Below are positions 1 to 9,443 of a stretch of DNA of 64,000 nt, piece by piece. Source of the stretch: a virus; the IMG/VR virus record IMGVR_UViG_3300045941_000223, positions 1 through 64,000 of that record. One strand, given 5' to 3'. How positions within the stretch are numbered: position 1 is the stretch's first letter; each line of letters starts with the position of its first letter. Position numbers and translations under genes: made by a program. The notes beneath the pieces are model-generated. The model saw only the letters and a list, made by a program, of their open reading frames with translations, did no database searches and was not told where the DNA came from.

Positions 1-200
1 CCGGGGGGGGGGATGTGGGAAATTTGATAGTTGCAAGTGAAACTTGACGCGGCGGCGGCCTAAAGTTGGTTCCCTTTTGAAAATTCGAAATTCGGTAATA
101 AAATCAATGGCTTGGATGTGAACCCCACTTCACAGTGGGCAGCGCCCACCTGAGCAATATCAATGGGTTACGACCCCCCGGAAGAATATTCTCTTTTAGA
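1..200. promoter_or_regulatory. Probable packaging (cos-like) region with two IHF consensus sites
   Basis: Non-coding, relatively AT-rich, just upstream of terS. WATCAANNNNTTR matches at 102-114 (AATCAATGGCTTG) and 158-170 (TATCAATGGGTTA). G-run at the window start. Confidence 0.55.
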
Positions 201-214
201 GGCATGGAGATACC

Positions 215-652
215 GTGGACATACAGCATGGAAAGCGCTCTTCAGCGGCACACGGCGTGGTTGCAGTGGTGGTTCCCGGCCAGAGACCGGAGCCTCCGGA
301 GGGTTTGAGCCCGGAAGAGGCGGCTGAATGGCGGGCGATCGTGGCTCGAATGCCTTCGGACTGGTTCACCCGGGAGACGCACGGGTTGCTGGAAAACTAC
401 GTGAAGGTCACGTGTAATTTGCGGTGGGTTAACAGCTACATAACCGACTTTAGGTCGAAGCCGATGACCGGGCCGCGGGTTCTCCATCTGACCCGGATGC
501 TTCGGCTGCAGACCGGTCAGGCTGGGATGCTGGCGACGCTGGCGACCAAGCTGCGGATCACCAAGCAGACCCCGGATACCGCCCGGTCGGGTGAGAAGAA
601 CCGGGTTCACGGTCAGGCTCCCGAGCGGCCGTGGGCCAGCCGGGTGGCCTGA
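215..652 (+). CDS. terS: Terminase small subunit (P27-like)
   Basis: PEPPEGLSPEEAAEWRAIV...LATKLRITKQ pattern of P27-type small terminases; upstream of the large subunit; GGAG RBS. Confidence 0.8.
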   Translation: MDIQHGKRSSAAHGVVAVVVPGQRPEPPEGLSPEEAAEWRAIVARMPSDWFTRETHGLLENYVKVTCNLRWVNSYITDFRSKPMTGPRVLHLTRMLRLQTGQAGMLATLATKLRITKQTPDTARSGEKNRVHGQAPERPWASRVA

Positions 653-750
653 TGTGTGGTGGCAGGCTTGGACGACGCCCGAGATGGTCAGGGAACGGAC
701 GACGAAGCGGGCCCGGGTGGCGGCCGACGGTCTGATCCGGTCCCTGCCGC

Positions 751-975
751 ATGTTCGCGACTGGCTTCACCAGCACCGTGATGACCCCGCTGTTCACCGT
801 GCTGATCTTGGTCGCGGGGGTGAGCTTCGGGCTGGCGCTGGCGATGGCGATCCTGATCCAGCGACGGGAGGCCGAGCCACCGATGACTCCCGCGTCGGCG
901 TGGACGTGGATCATCATCGCCGGGATCTGTCTCGGCGGGGCGATCCTTGAGGCAATGCGGGCGGCGACGCAGTGA
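751..975 (+). CDS. Small membrane protein
   Basis: Two hydrophobic segments; coupled to the next ORF. Confidence 0.5.
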   Translation: MFATGFTSTVMTPLFTVLILVAGVSFGLALAMAILIQRREAEPPMTPASAWTWIIIAGICLGGAILEAMRAATQ

Positions 976-1175
976 CCTATTCCCCTGATCCCGAGTACGA
1001 GCTGGTCGAGTACAAGCCGACCAAGCGTGGGCGGCAGTGCGGCAAGTGCTGGATGAAGTTCGACTACAACGTCAACTACGGCTTCTACTGCCAGCAGGTC
1101 GATTGCCCGATGGGGTACGCCGGAAGCCGGTCGCCCGGGACAACGGCGGGTGCGACCGTGATCAGCCAATCATGA
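972..1175 (+). CDS. Small Cys-containing hypothetical protein
   Basis: CGKC...CQQVDC; GTGA/ATGA overlaps with neighbours. Confidence 0.55.
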   Translation: MTYSPDPEYELVEYKPTKRGRQCGKCWMKFDYNVNYGFYCQQVDCPMGYAGSRSPGTTAGATVISQS

Positions 1176-1363
1176 TCAGCAAATCAATGTCGGGCGAAGA
1201 GCTGGCCGCGATCGACGGCGGGCACTTCTACTGCGGCATCGTCCTCATGGACGGCAAGGTGATCGAGACCCCGCCGATCGTCGCCTACATGCGCGGCTGG
1301 AGCAGGGAACGCGTGACCAGCTACTGCCGACGCAAGGGCTGGAAATTCGGTGAGCGCACCTGA
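1172..1363 (+). CDS. Hypothetical protein
   Basis: MISKSMSG...GWSRERVTSYCRRKGW; coupled start. Confidence 0.55.
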   Translation: MISKSMSGEELAAIDGGHFYCGIVLMDGKVIETPPIVAYMRGWSRERVTSYCRRKGWKFGERT

Positions 1364-1628
1364 CACCGTCGAGATCGAGGTCGAGCTGGACCGCCGGGCA
1401 GGTGGTCCGATCTTCGAGTACGTCGTCCGTTTCCGCGGATCGGGCAAGCTGCTGTGCCGATCGGTGCTGCCGTTCTTCGGTGCGTGCCGGGCGCTGGCCG
1501 AGCAGGGTTACCCGCCGTCCACCCGGGTGGAGATGTGGCGGCCGGGCATGCGGCATTGGGATCTCGCCGGTCACATCGGCGGGGCCGAGTGGTTCCCCAA
1601 CAAACCGGAGCTGCCGTTCGTACCATGA
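1350..1628 (+). CDS. Hypothetical protein
   Basis: ORF overlapping the terL start (ATGA). Confidence 0.55.
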   Translation: MSAPDTVEIEVELDRRAGGPIFEYVVRFRGSGKLLCRSVLPFFGACRALAEQGYPPSTRVEMWRPGMRHWDLAGHIGGAEWFPNKPELPFVP

Positions 1629-3139
1629 GCGAAGCCGAGAAAGTCGCGAAGTGGATTGGGGACTACTGCTACGTTCCTGAAGGTCGCTTCTTGGGCCAGC
1701 AGGTCAAGCTGCAGGACTGGCAAATTGATCTGCTTGTCGAGATTTACGACCGGCCGGGCGGTTGCCGCCGGGCGATCCTTTCCATCCCGCGCAAGAACGG
1801 CAAGACCGCGTTCTCGGCGTTCCTTCTGCTGGCCCACCTGATGGGCCCGCGCATGGTGCCGAACTCGCAGCTCTACTCGGCGGCGCAATCGCGCGAGCAG
1901 GCGGCGCTGATCTTCTCGCTGGCCTCGAAGATGTGCCGGATGAACCCGCGGCTGAACGAAGTCGTGGTGATCCGCGATTCGCTCAAGGAGCTGTTCGTTC
2001 CGGAGGTCGGCGTCAAATACAAGGCGCTCTCGGCCGAAGCCTCCACCGCCTACGGCCTGTCGCCGGTGTTCATCGTCCATGACGAGCTGGGGCAGGTCCG
2101 CGGACCCCGCTCGGCGCTGTACGAAGCGCTGGAGACCTCGACCGGCGCGCAAGAGAATCCGTTGTCGCTGGTGATCTCCACGCAGGCACCGAACGACGGC
2201 GATCTCTTGTCCATCCTGATCGACGACGCGCTCGCCGGGAACGATGCGCGCACGTTCTGCCAGCTCTATACCGCGCCGCTCAATGCCGACCCGTTCGCGA
2301 TCGAAACCATTCGCATGTGCAATCCGGCGCTCGGCACCTTTCAGAACGAGCAGGAAGTGCTGGCGATGGCCGCCGACGCCAAGCGCATGCGGGCGCGCGA
2401 GCCGGAATTCCGCAACCTCGTCCTCAATCAGCGAGTCGAGGCGCTGGCGCAATTCGTCAGCCCGTCCGACTGGAAACTGTGCGACGCCGAGCCGGTCGAG
2501 CTGGACGACACCATGCCGATCTACGCCGGGCTCGATCTCTCGGAGGTCTCCGATCTCACCGCGCTGGTTTTGATCGGCAAGGTCGGCAAGGTCTGGCAGG
2601 TGTGGCCGACGTTCTGGCTTCCGGAAGTCGGGCTCGCCGACAAGGCCCGCGCCGATCACATCCCGTACGACCTCTGGCACCAGCAGGGCTTCCTGAAGAC
2701 CACGCCCGGGCGCGCGATCAGTTACGAGCACGTCGCGCACGATCTCCGAAAAATCTGCGACTCGTATCGAGTCAAAAAGATCGGCTTCGATCGCTGGAAC
2801 TACAAGCACCTGAAGCCGTGGTTGCTGCACGCTGGCTTCGTCGAGGACAAGCTCGAAGAGCAGTGGGTCGAGTTCGGGCAGGGAACGCAGAGCATGTCGC
2901 CCGCGTTGCGTGATCTGGAAAGCCTGATCGCCAATGCGGAGCTGGCACACGGCAACAACCCGGTGCTGACCATGTGCGCGATGAACTCGGTGGTCGAGGG
3001 CAAGGACAAGGCCAACCGCAAGCTCTCCAAGTCGCGATCGACCGGCCGCATCGACGGCATGGTGGCGCTCGCCATGGCGGTCGGCGTGGTGCCGGTCGCC
3101 GACAAGGCGGGCGTCGATATCGCGGCGCTGATCGGATGA
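1625..3139 (+). CDS. terL: Terminase large subunit
   Basis: Walker A IPRKNGKT, Walker B FIVHDE, ISTQ coupling motif, nuclease GLDLS...FDRWN...IDG; likely start ATG 1625. Confidence 0.95.
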   Translation: MSEAEKVAKWIGDYCYVPEGRFLGQQVKLQDWQIDLLVEIYDRPGGCRRAILSIPRKNGKTAFSAFLLLAHLMGPRMVPNSQLYSAAQSREQAALIFSLASKMCRMNPRLNEVVVIRDSLKELFVPEVGVKYKALSAEASTAYGLSPVFIVHDELGQVRGPRSALYEALETSTGAQENPLSLVISTQAPNDGDLLSILIDDALAGNDARTFCQLYTAPLNADPFAIETIRMCNPALGTFQNEQEVLAMAADAKRMRAREPEFRNLVLNQRVEALAQFVSPSDWKLCDAEPVELDDTMPIYAGLDLSEVSDLTALVLIGKVGKVWQVWPTFWLPEVGLADKARADHIPYDLWHQQGFLKTTPGRAISYEHVAHDLRKICDSYRVKKIGFDRWNYKHLKPWLLHAGFVEDKLEEQWVEFGQGTQSMSPALRDLESLIANAELAHGNNPVLTMCAMNSVVEGKDKANRKLSKSRSTGRIDGMVALAMAVGVVPVADKAGVDIAALIG

Positions 3140-3249
3140 AAATCGCCGCGGTGCGATAAATTTATGAAGGTGCTCAAGCCGATCGTCACGCTGATCGGAG
3201 CTGCGTTGCTCACCATGCTGGTGTTGTTCATCTTGCTGGGAGTACGGCC

Positions 3250-3465
3250 ATGATCACGGCACTGATACAATTGGTAATCTATCTGATCGTCCTTGGCGTG
3301 GTCGCGTGGTTGCTGGTCTACCTGATCGATCACGTGCCGATGCTGCAGCCGTTCGCGCAGGTGGCGCGCACCATCATCATGGTGGTCTGCGTGCTGATCG
3401 CCATCCTTCTCCTTCTGCAATTCGTCGGCCTGATCGACGGCGGGGCCCGCTTCCCGCGCCTCTGA
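3250..3465 (+). CDS. Two-TM membrane protein (holin-like candidate)
   Basis: Two long hydrophobic helices, 71 aa. Confidence 0.6.
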   Translation: MITALIQLVIYLIVLGVVAWLLVYLIDHVPMLQPFAQVARTIIMVVCVLIAILLLLQFVGLIDGGARFPRL

Positions 3466-3531
3466 GTCGCGGGTAATTCCCAAGGGCGAGTACCCGCGGC
3501 TGGCACCAGCGCCCGATATCATGCGTCCGGA

Positions 3532-3939
3532 ATGACGGCGACCCAAATTCCGCTCAAGCAGGATTTCACCGTCTACGGCGGCGACGGCGTCTCCTATCTG
3601 TTCACCTTCCTGCAGTCCGGCAGCGTACCGATGGCGCTCGAAGGAACGTGGCTGGCGCAGGTGCGCGACAAACCATCGCCGCTCGGCAAGGTGATCTGCA
3701 CGTTCGAGATCGACGGCAGCGAGATGGCCAACGGCAAGCTCTATCTCTCGCTCAGCGGTGAATCGACCAGCTACATCGCCGCCATCGGCCGCGCCTATTG
3801 GGATCTCGAACAGATCATGCCCGACAGCCACCCCCGCACGTGGTACAGCGGCATGATCTGGGGCAAGGCCGGGATCAGCCGGGTCGAGCCGGTACCGACC
3901 CGGATCGGTGCGGTACCGCCACGCCTCCGGAGAGCGTGA
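3532..3939 (+). CDS. Virion accessory protein (Ig-like/BppU-like adaptor)
   Basis: GD...F....L.G.W.AQVR...G.L.LSL....T...YWDLE pattern resembles baseplate-upper-like domains. Confidence 0.55.
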   Translation: MTATQIPLKQDFTVYGGDGVSYLFTFLQSGSVPMALEGTWLAQVRDKPSPLGKVICTFEIDGSEMANGKLYLSLSGESTSYIAAIGRAYWDLEQIMPDSHPRTWYSGMIWGKAGISRVEPVPTRIGAVPPRLRRA

Positions 3940-4412
3940 TGCCCACCGCCACCATCGAAGTCATCACCAACGTCGTCACCACCGGACCGCAAGGACCGCG
4001 CGGACCAGCCGGGCCGCAAGGTCCGCCCGGTCCGCCCGGCCCAGCCGCATCCAACGGTGTGCTTTCGGCGCAATATTCCGCCAAGGTGACGACGACGGAG
4101 GCGGAATATCCCGGCGACGGCAAGGTTGTCTGGAATACAGCGGCGCAAGGCGACGCCACCGAGATTTACATCTCGCAAAAGACAAGCGGCAACACCGATA
4201 TCAGTCACGCGCTTGCGGCTGTGCAAGCTGGCCAGCAATTGACGATACAGCGCAAAACCGACGCGGAAATCATCGCGCGCTACACGGTCAATGCCGTCAG
4301 CGATCACGGCACATGGTTTACCTTCAGCGTATTGCCGGGAAGCAATTCGGGATTGCCTTTCGGCGGCGGCGACGCGCTGATCATTGCTCTGAGCGCACAA
4401 CCGATCGCGTGA
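3939..4412 (+). CDS. Short collagen-repeat fibre-like protein
   Basis: MPTATIEV...GPQGPRGPAGPQGPPGPPGP followed by a beta-rich domain. Confidence 0.65.
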   Translation: MPTATIEVITNVVTTGPQGPRGPAGPQGPPGPPGPAASNGVLSAQYSAKVTTTEAEYPGDGKVVWNTAAQGDATEIYISQKTSGNTDISHALAAVQAGQQLTIQRKTDAEIIARYTVNAVSDHGTWFTFSVLPGSNSGLPFGGGDALIIALSAQPIA

Positions 4413-4416
4413 CGCC

Positions 4417-4923
4417 GTGCGATCATCTCTCCCGACACCATCACCCGCGCCCAGCTCGCTCGCGCAGATTCGCGCCGAGCAGGCCAAGGAGCTGGAGAAT
4501 GCCGCCGTGCGCGACAAGCTCTATGCGTACACGCTCGCCGAGGTCGGCGGGCAGGGCGATCAGGCACGACAGGCGTTCATGGAAACCATCCTGAACCGCG
4601 CCGCCTCGCGCGGGCAGTCGATCAGCAAGACCTTGTCCGGCAGCTACTTCCCGAAGGCGACCCACAACAAGGCGGCGCGCGGCGTCACCGACAAGCAGCG
4701 CGCCGAGCTGCAGCCGCTGCTCGATGACGTTCTCGCCGGAAGCAACATCACCGACTACGCCACCGGCAACGCGTCCGGGCCCGAGTACGCATTCGGCAGC
4801 AGCGGATACTTCGGGCAGGGCAAGGGTCGCGGCGTCACCGCGGGCTTCGGCGGCGAGGTCTTCGGTGTCGAAGAGGTCGATGTGGCGTGGGCCGAGCGCG
4901 TCTCTGAAAGCGACGTGGCGTGA
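4417..4923 (+). CDS. Cell-wall hydrolase-like protein (SleB/Hydrolase_2-like)
   Basis: TLAEVGGQGDQARQAFMETILNRA resembles the catalytic Glu...NR signature. Confidence 0.5.
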   Translation: MRSSLPTPSPAPSSLAQIRAEQAKELENAAVRDKLYAYTLAEVGGQGDQARQAFMETILNRAASRGQSISKTLSGSYFPKATHNKAARGVTDKQRAELQPLLDDVLAGSNITDYATGNASGPEYAFGSSGYFGQGKGRGVTAGFGGEVFGVEEVDVAWAERVSESDVA

Positions 4924-5990
4924 TCTTCTGGATCGCTCCCGAGTACGGCAATATGTGCATCGACAACTGCTCGCTGAGCGCGCTCGATCTGTCGTCGATC
5001 GATCCCACCATCCGCATGGTGCAGTGGCAGGAAAATGCCGGGCGCATCGAACGCAAAACCGGTCCGGCATTGCGCGAGGTCTTTCTCGATCCGATACCCT
5101 ATCTGCCGTCGTTCGACCTGTTCATCACCACGCTGAACGGGCAAGCGCCGCCGATCACGCTCGATCAGGCCAAGAAGATCAAGATCGATCTCAATCGCGC
5201 CATCTTCGACGCCAAGCGACAGGCACCGATCGAATATCTCGCGAAGACATGGGACGCGACCGACGACGAAGTGACCGCGATGAATAGCGAGCTGTCGATG
5301 GTCTCGGCACTGAGCGGCGGCGGCTCTGCGACCGATATCATCACGCTGTCCAACAACCTGAACCAACTCGCCTTCGAAGTTAACAGCCGCGTGGTCGCGC
5401 CCGGCAACAATGCCGATGGCAACATCTGCCAGCAGGTGAACTTCAATGTACGGGGCGCGGTCAATACCATCGTCGATCAGGCGAATTATTCGCTCGCCTA
5501 CAACAAGTCGCTGGTGATCGGCGCGGTCAATGCCGACGTGGTGACGCCGCTCAAGGACAACACCTTCCCGAAGATCCAAGGAAAGTTCGATGCGTACGAA
5601 ACCCGGTTCGAAGCGGCGAGCTGGCCCGGCGGCGTGCCCGGCGACTATCCACCCGATCCGCCCAACATCACGCCGATCAACGACGGGGTATATATTCCGA
5701 GCGGAATCACACAGCTTGCCGCCGCGCTGAGCGCCCCGCCCGGCATGACCAACGTCACCGTACCGGCAGGCGGCGGCGATCCGGCTGATACGACCATCGA
5801 GTGGTATGCGCTCGGCGAGCTGACGCCCACCGTGCTCACGGTCGTGGAGTTCTCCGGGCTGATCAACACCATCAGCGCGCGACGGGCAGTGCTGGCGCAG
5901 ACGCAGCGCACCAAGCGCGCGGAAATTCTCGCATGCAGCACAGTCGCACAAGTAATCGCCATCGACCTCGCCAGCGGCTGGCCGACGTAA
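4920..5990 (+). CDS. Tail-fibre-associated protein
   Basis: N-terminal IRMVQWQENAGRIE and C-terminal AEILACSTVAQVIAIDLASGWP resemble tail-fibre assembly proteins. Confidence 0.55.
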   Translation: MIFWIAPEYGNMCIDNCSLSALDLSSIDPTIRMVQWQENAGRIERKTGPALREVFLDPIPYLPSFDLFITTLNGQAPPITLDQAKKIKIDLNRAIFDAKRQAPIEYLAKTWDATDDEVTAMNSELSMVSALSGGGSATDIITLSNNLNQLAFEVNSRVVAPGNNADGNICQQVNFNVRGAVNTIVDQANYSLAYNKSLVIGAVNADVVTPLKDNTFPKIQGKFDAYETRFEAASWPGGVPGDYPPDPPNITPINDGVYIPSGITQLAAALSAPPGMTNVTVPAGGGDPADTTIEWYALGELTPTVLTVVEFSGLINTISARRAVLAQTQRTKRAEILACSTVAQVIAIDLASGWPT

Positions 5991-6009
5991 GGCGGCGGCG
6001 GCGCTACCT

Positions 6010-7962
6010 GTGCGATCGGCACTGGCCCGGACTGCGGGTCAGATTGAGACCACACTGTTGCACGCTCCGAACAGAAATCTCTGGAAGATAGCCAGCGCGC
6101 AGGCGCTGGCGAGGCTCGATCGTCCGCAGCAATGGGCGGTCGCGCAGGCGAAGGCGAAGAAGATCCTTGGCATCTCGCTGCTCGGTCCTGACGTGGTCGA
6201 GTTGCGGGAGTTCGATCCCAACCAGCCACGCGACGAGCACGGCCGCTGGACGGACACCGGGGCAGGCGACGGTGGCGGGCTCGCCGAAGACACGCCCGGG
6301 GGATACGAGCCCGAGCTAGATCCGGAAGTCGTCAACGTCGGCGGCGACAAGTGGAACAAGGACACCGCCGTCCATCTGGAGCGCGAGTACCAGATGGCCA
6401 AGCCGAAGCTCAGCAAGATCGAGAGCGAGGCGGTCGGCAAGTATCCACGGGGCAAGCCGCCATCGCAGCTTCTGGAGTGGAGCGAGCTGAGCAAGGACGA
6501 CCGAGAAGATGTCAAGAACCAATGGATGGAGAAGCAGGTTCCGTTCTACCACAAGAACGAGGTCGGTCACTGGAAGGCAAATGACGGGGTCAGCGACGCC
6601 AAGGACAAGGTGACCGACGACTTCAACGACCGGACGACGATGATTTGGGCCGCAAAGGCGATCAACGAGTATTTCGAGGAAATGGAATCGAAGCTGACCG
6701 AGCAGGCCGACCGACCTTCCGACAGCGCCGAGGTTCAGGCAGCGCTGCACGCCGAGATCCCGTTCGAGGCCGCACAGCTTCTCGATGCCGTCCGTCTGGA
6801 ATATGACCGGGACGCCGACGACCCGGCAATCACCGTCAAATGGGACGACAGCAAATTGCAGGAACCGGCGTACGGTCCAAAGCCGGGCGCTCTGTTTGAT
6901 CCAGATCAGCAACGATTGCCCGGCATCGAAGAGCCGAAGAAGCCGGATATGTCCAAGCTGCTGACCGATAAATACCGCAAGGATCTGGCCGCGCAGATCG
7001 AGCTTGCGGCATTTGAGGAAGTCAAGGATGTGCGCGATGCGATGGAGCCGCCGGAATATCTGCTGGATGCCGCAAAGGAGGCCGCCGACGCCGATTGGGA
7101 AGGCTTGAGCGATAACAGCAAGTTGTCCTACGCCCAAAACTTCGCCGCGGACGAAGAGACGAGGAACCCGCCGGTGCCATGGGTCCGGGCGGTTCCGGAG
7201 AGCTACGATCCGCTCAATGAGACGGTCGGGTTGGACTACAAAGATACGCAAGGCATGGCGCGGCACATGAGCATCGAGCGGGCCGCCGATCTGCTGATCG
7301 AGCGCGACATAGTCAACCCGGCCAATCGCATCGATATCGTCAAGCGCATCGCCTCCATCGATCGCAAGCTGTGGGAAGATTGGAAATCAAGCTCGACCAC
7401 TCAAAACGGCAAGCTGCTGCAGATCGCGGTCGCGGATGAATTGAACGGCCGTCTCAATATGAAGACGCGCGACACCATGAATCAAATGGAGACGAAGACC
7501 TACGCCAACAAGCAATTCAAAGAGATCGGCGGCTACGCGGGCGTGCGCGCCTACGTGCGCGCGAAGTGGGAAACCACGCAATTCATGCTCGACAAGGCCG
7601 ATGTCAAGGAGCTGAGCCTGTACCGCTCCATCGATCTCGACATGGATACTCTCGGTCCGCATCTGACGAAGTCGAAAGAGATCGGTGGCCATCATTACCT
7701 GCCGAGCATCGCGGTCCAGCGCAACGGTGCGGCTTCGACCACCATCGACAGCAAGGTGGCCAACGATTGGGGCGACGGGCAGACGCGCGTCGTGCTCCGC
7801 GCGCTGGTGCCGCGCACCGCGGCGGTGTCGGTCCCGGCCTACGGCGTGAACATCCAGAGCGAGCATGAGGTCGTGATCGCAGGCACCGCGTGGAAGGGCT
7901 GGGACGCGTGGCACCGTCGCGCCCCGAGCCTTCTTGAGATCGAGCTGCAGCGGGCCGCCTGA
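6010..7962 (+). CDS. PRD-GRWT-tagged effector 1: C-terminal R-S-E ADP-ribosyltransferase-like
   Basis: FDPNQPRDEHGRWTD at 6211; LYRS...ASTT...SEHEVV motifs at about 7618-7875. Confidence 0.75.
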   Translation: MRSALARTAGQIETTLLHAPNRNLWKIASAQALARLDRPQQWAVAQAKAKKILGISLLGPDVVELREFDPNQPRDEHGRWTDTGAGDGGGLAEDTPGGYEPELDPEVVNVGGDKWNKDTAVHLEREYQMAKPKLSKIESEAVGKYPRGKPPSQLLEWSELSKDDREDVKNQWMEKQVPFYHKNEVGHWKANDGVSDAKDKVTDDFNDRTTMIWAAKAINEYFEEMESKLTEQADRPSDSAEVQAALHAEIPFEAAQLLDAVRLEYDRDADDPAITVKWDDSKLQEPAYGPKPGALFDPDQQRLPGIEEPKKPDMSKLLTDKYRKDLAAQIELAAFEEVKDVRDAMEPPEYLLDAAKEAADADWEGLSDNSKLSYAQNFAADEETRNPPVPWVRAVPESYDPLNETVGLDYKDTQGMARHMSIERAADLLIERDIVNPANRIDIVKRIASIDRKLWEDWKSSSTTQNGKLLQIAVADELNGRLNMKTRDTMNQMETKTYANKQFKEIGGYAGVRAYVRAKWETTQFMLDKADVKELSLYRSIDLDMDTLGPHLTKSKEIGGHHYLPSIAVQRNGAASTTIDSKVANDWGDGQTRVVLRALVPRTAAVSVPAYGVNIQSEHEVVIAGTAWKGWDAWHRRAPSLLEIELQRAA

Positions 7963-9443
7963 TGGTCGAGACTCTGAAGGTCGATATTCTGCAGACGGAG
8001 CTGGAGCAGAATCTGCCCTACTGGCTCGATCCGTCGCAGAAGAACGCCGAGCGGCACGCCGAGATCCGCGCCAAGCACCGGCAGCGATGGCTCGACGAGC
8101 AGAAGCGCGAGAAAGGCTGGAAGCGGGCCAAGCAGGACGCGTGGTTGCTGCTCCGCAAGTATGACGAAAGCGAGCACCCGCGGGACGAACGCGGACGCTG
8201 GACCGATGCAGGCGGCGGTGACGGTGGTAAGCCCGACGTTGGCACCGGCTCCGAGAAGTCCAAGGGCGACTGCATGTCGGCCGCCTACAAATGGATCAAG
8301 GAGCATCCGGAGGAAACGCTGGTCCACGGCATGGTCACCAGCGACGGCAAGCGCTTCCCGCACGCGTGGGGTGAGGACAATGACGGCAACGTCCACGAGG
8401 TCAGCAACGGACAGAACGTGGTCGTGCCGCGGGCCGAGTACTACGAGCGCTTCGAGGTCAAGCCGGACGATCCCGCCGAGTATCACCGCTACACGCACAC
8501 CGAGGCGCTGGTCCAGTCGGTGCGGGCAGGGCATTATGGCCCATGGGATATCAGCGAGGAAACGGTCGATCTCGATCGGCTCGAAGAGAGCACCGGCGGC
8601 GGCTACCGCAAGCCCGGCAAGAAGCCCAGCGATCTATCGGATTTTCTCGGCAAGGAACGGGTGCAGATTTCCGACAATGTGGACGATCCTCACAACCTGA
8701 TCAAGAATTGGAACAAGTACATCGGCATGGACCCGGAAGAGTTCGCCGATAGTTTTTTCGGCGCGAGGTACAAGCCGCAAATGACGGTCAGCTACGGTGC
8801 GGGTCAAATCTATGTCGATGCCTTGCTGCAGAATCCAAGGACCGGAGAACATCTCGCATCGGTGTCGCGGTTTATCAACGGTCCGAAGAACCGGGCCACC
8901 GCATCGTTCTTCGAGGTTGACTCGGCTCAGCAGGGCAAGGGCATCGGCAAGCAGGTGACCGCCAGTAACGTGAAAATGTACGCAGACCTTGGCATCACCG
9001 AGGTTCACGCACGCTGCAACATCAATGTAGGCGGATATGCGTGGGCGAAGTACGGCTACGTGCCACGCGATCGAGAGGCATGGGAGGAATTGGCCGATAA
9101 GGTTCAGGAAAAGCTCGAAAACATGGACGAAGATGATGTCTCGGACCAAGAGCGCGAAACGATCATCGAGCTAATCGACAATCCAGATCCCAAGGCGGTG
9201 TGGGCGATTGCTGATTCCGAGGTCGGCAAGGAGCTGCTGACCGACACCGAGTGGGACGGCGTGCTCGACCTGACCGACAAGGAAGTGCTCGAACGGCTGA
9301 ACGCCTACATCGGCACCAACATCAAGCCGGTGAAACCGAAGCCTTTCGACGACGAAGACGACGATGATGATTTCGACCGGCCGGTGACGGTCAGGCCGGG
9401 CGATGAAGATGATGATGACGATGACGATCGCATCGACCCATAA
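7962..9443 (+). CDS. PRD-GRWT-tagged effector 2: Cys-His peptidase/transglutaminase-like + GNAT
   Basis: YDESEHPRDERGRWTD at 8160; GDC...LVHG...HAW; QQGKGIG acetyl-CoA motif and VGGYAWAKYGY; acidic tail. Confidence 0.75.
   Translation: MVETLKVDILQTELEQNLPYWLDPSQKNAERHAEIRAKHRQRWLDEQKREKGWKRAKQDAWLLLRKYDESEHPRDERGRWTDAGGGDGGKPDVGTGSEKSKGDCMSAAYKWIKEHPEETLVHGMVTSDGKRFPHAWGEDNDGNVHEVSNGQNVVVPRAEYYERFEVKPDDPAEYHRYTHTEALVQSVRAGHYGPWDISEETVDLDRLEESTGGGYRKPGKKPSDLSDFLGKERVQISDNVDDPHNLIKNWNKYIGMDPEEFADSFFGARYKPQMTVSYGAGQIYVDALLQNPRTGEHLASVSRFINGPKNRATASFFEVDSAQQGKGIGKQVTASNVKMYADLGITEVHARCNINVGGYAWAKYGYVPRDREAWEELADKVQEKLENMDEDDVSDQERETIIELIDNPDPKAVWAIADSEVGKELLTDTEWDGVLDLTDKEVLERLNAYIGTNIKPVKPKPFDDEDDDDDFDRPVTVRPGDEDDDDDDDRIDP

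Noticed and set aside
1454-1624. Extended N-terminus of terL
   Set aside because: It overlaps ORF 1350..1628 and looks non-protein-like; ATG 1625 gives a coupled start.
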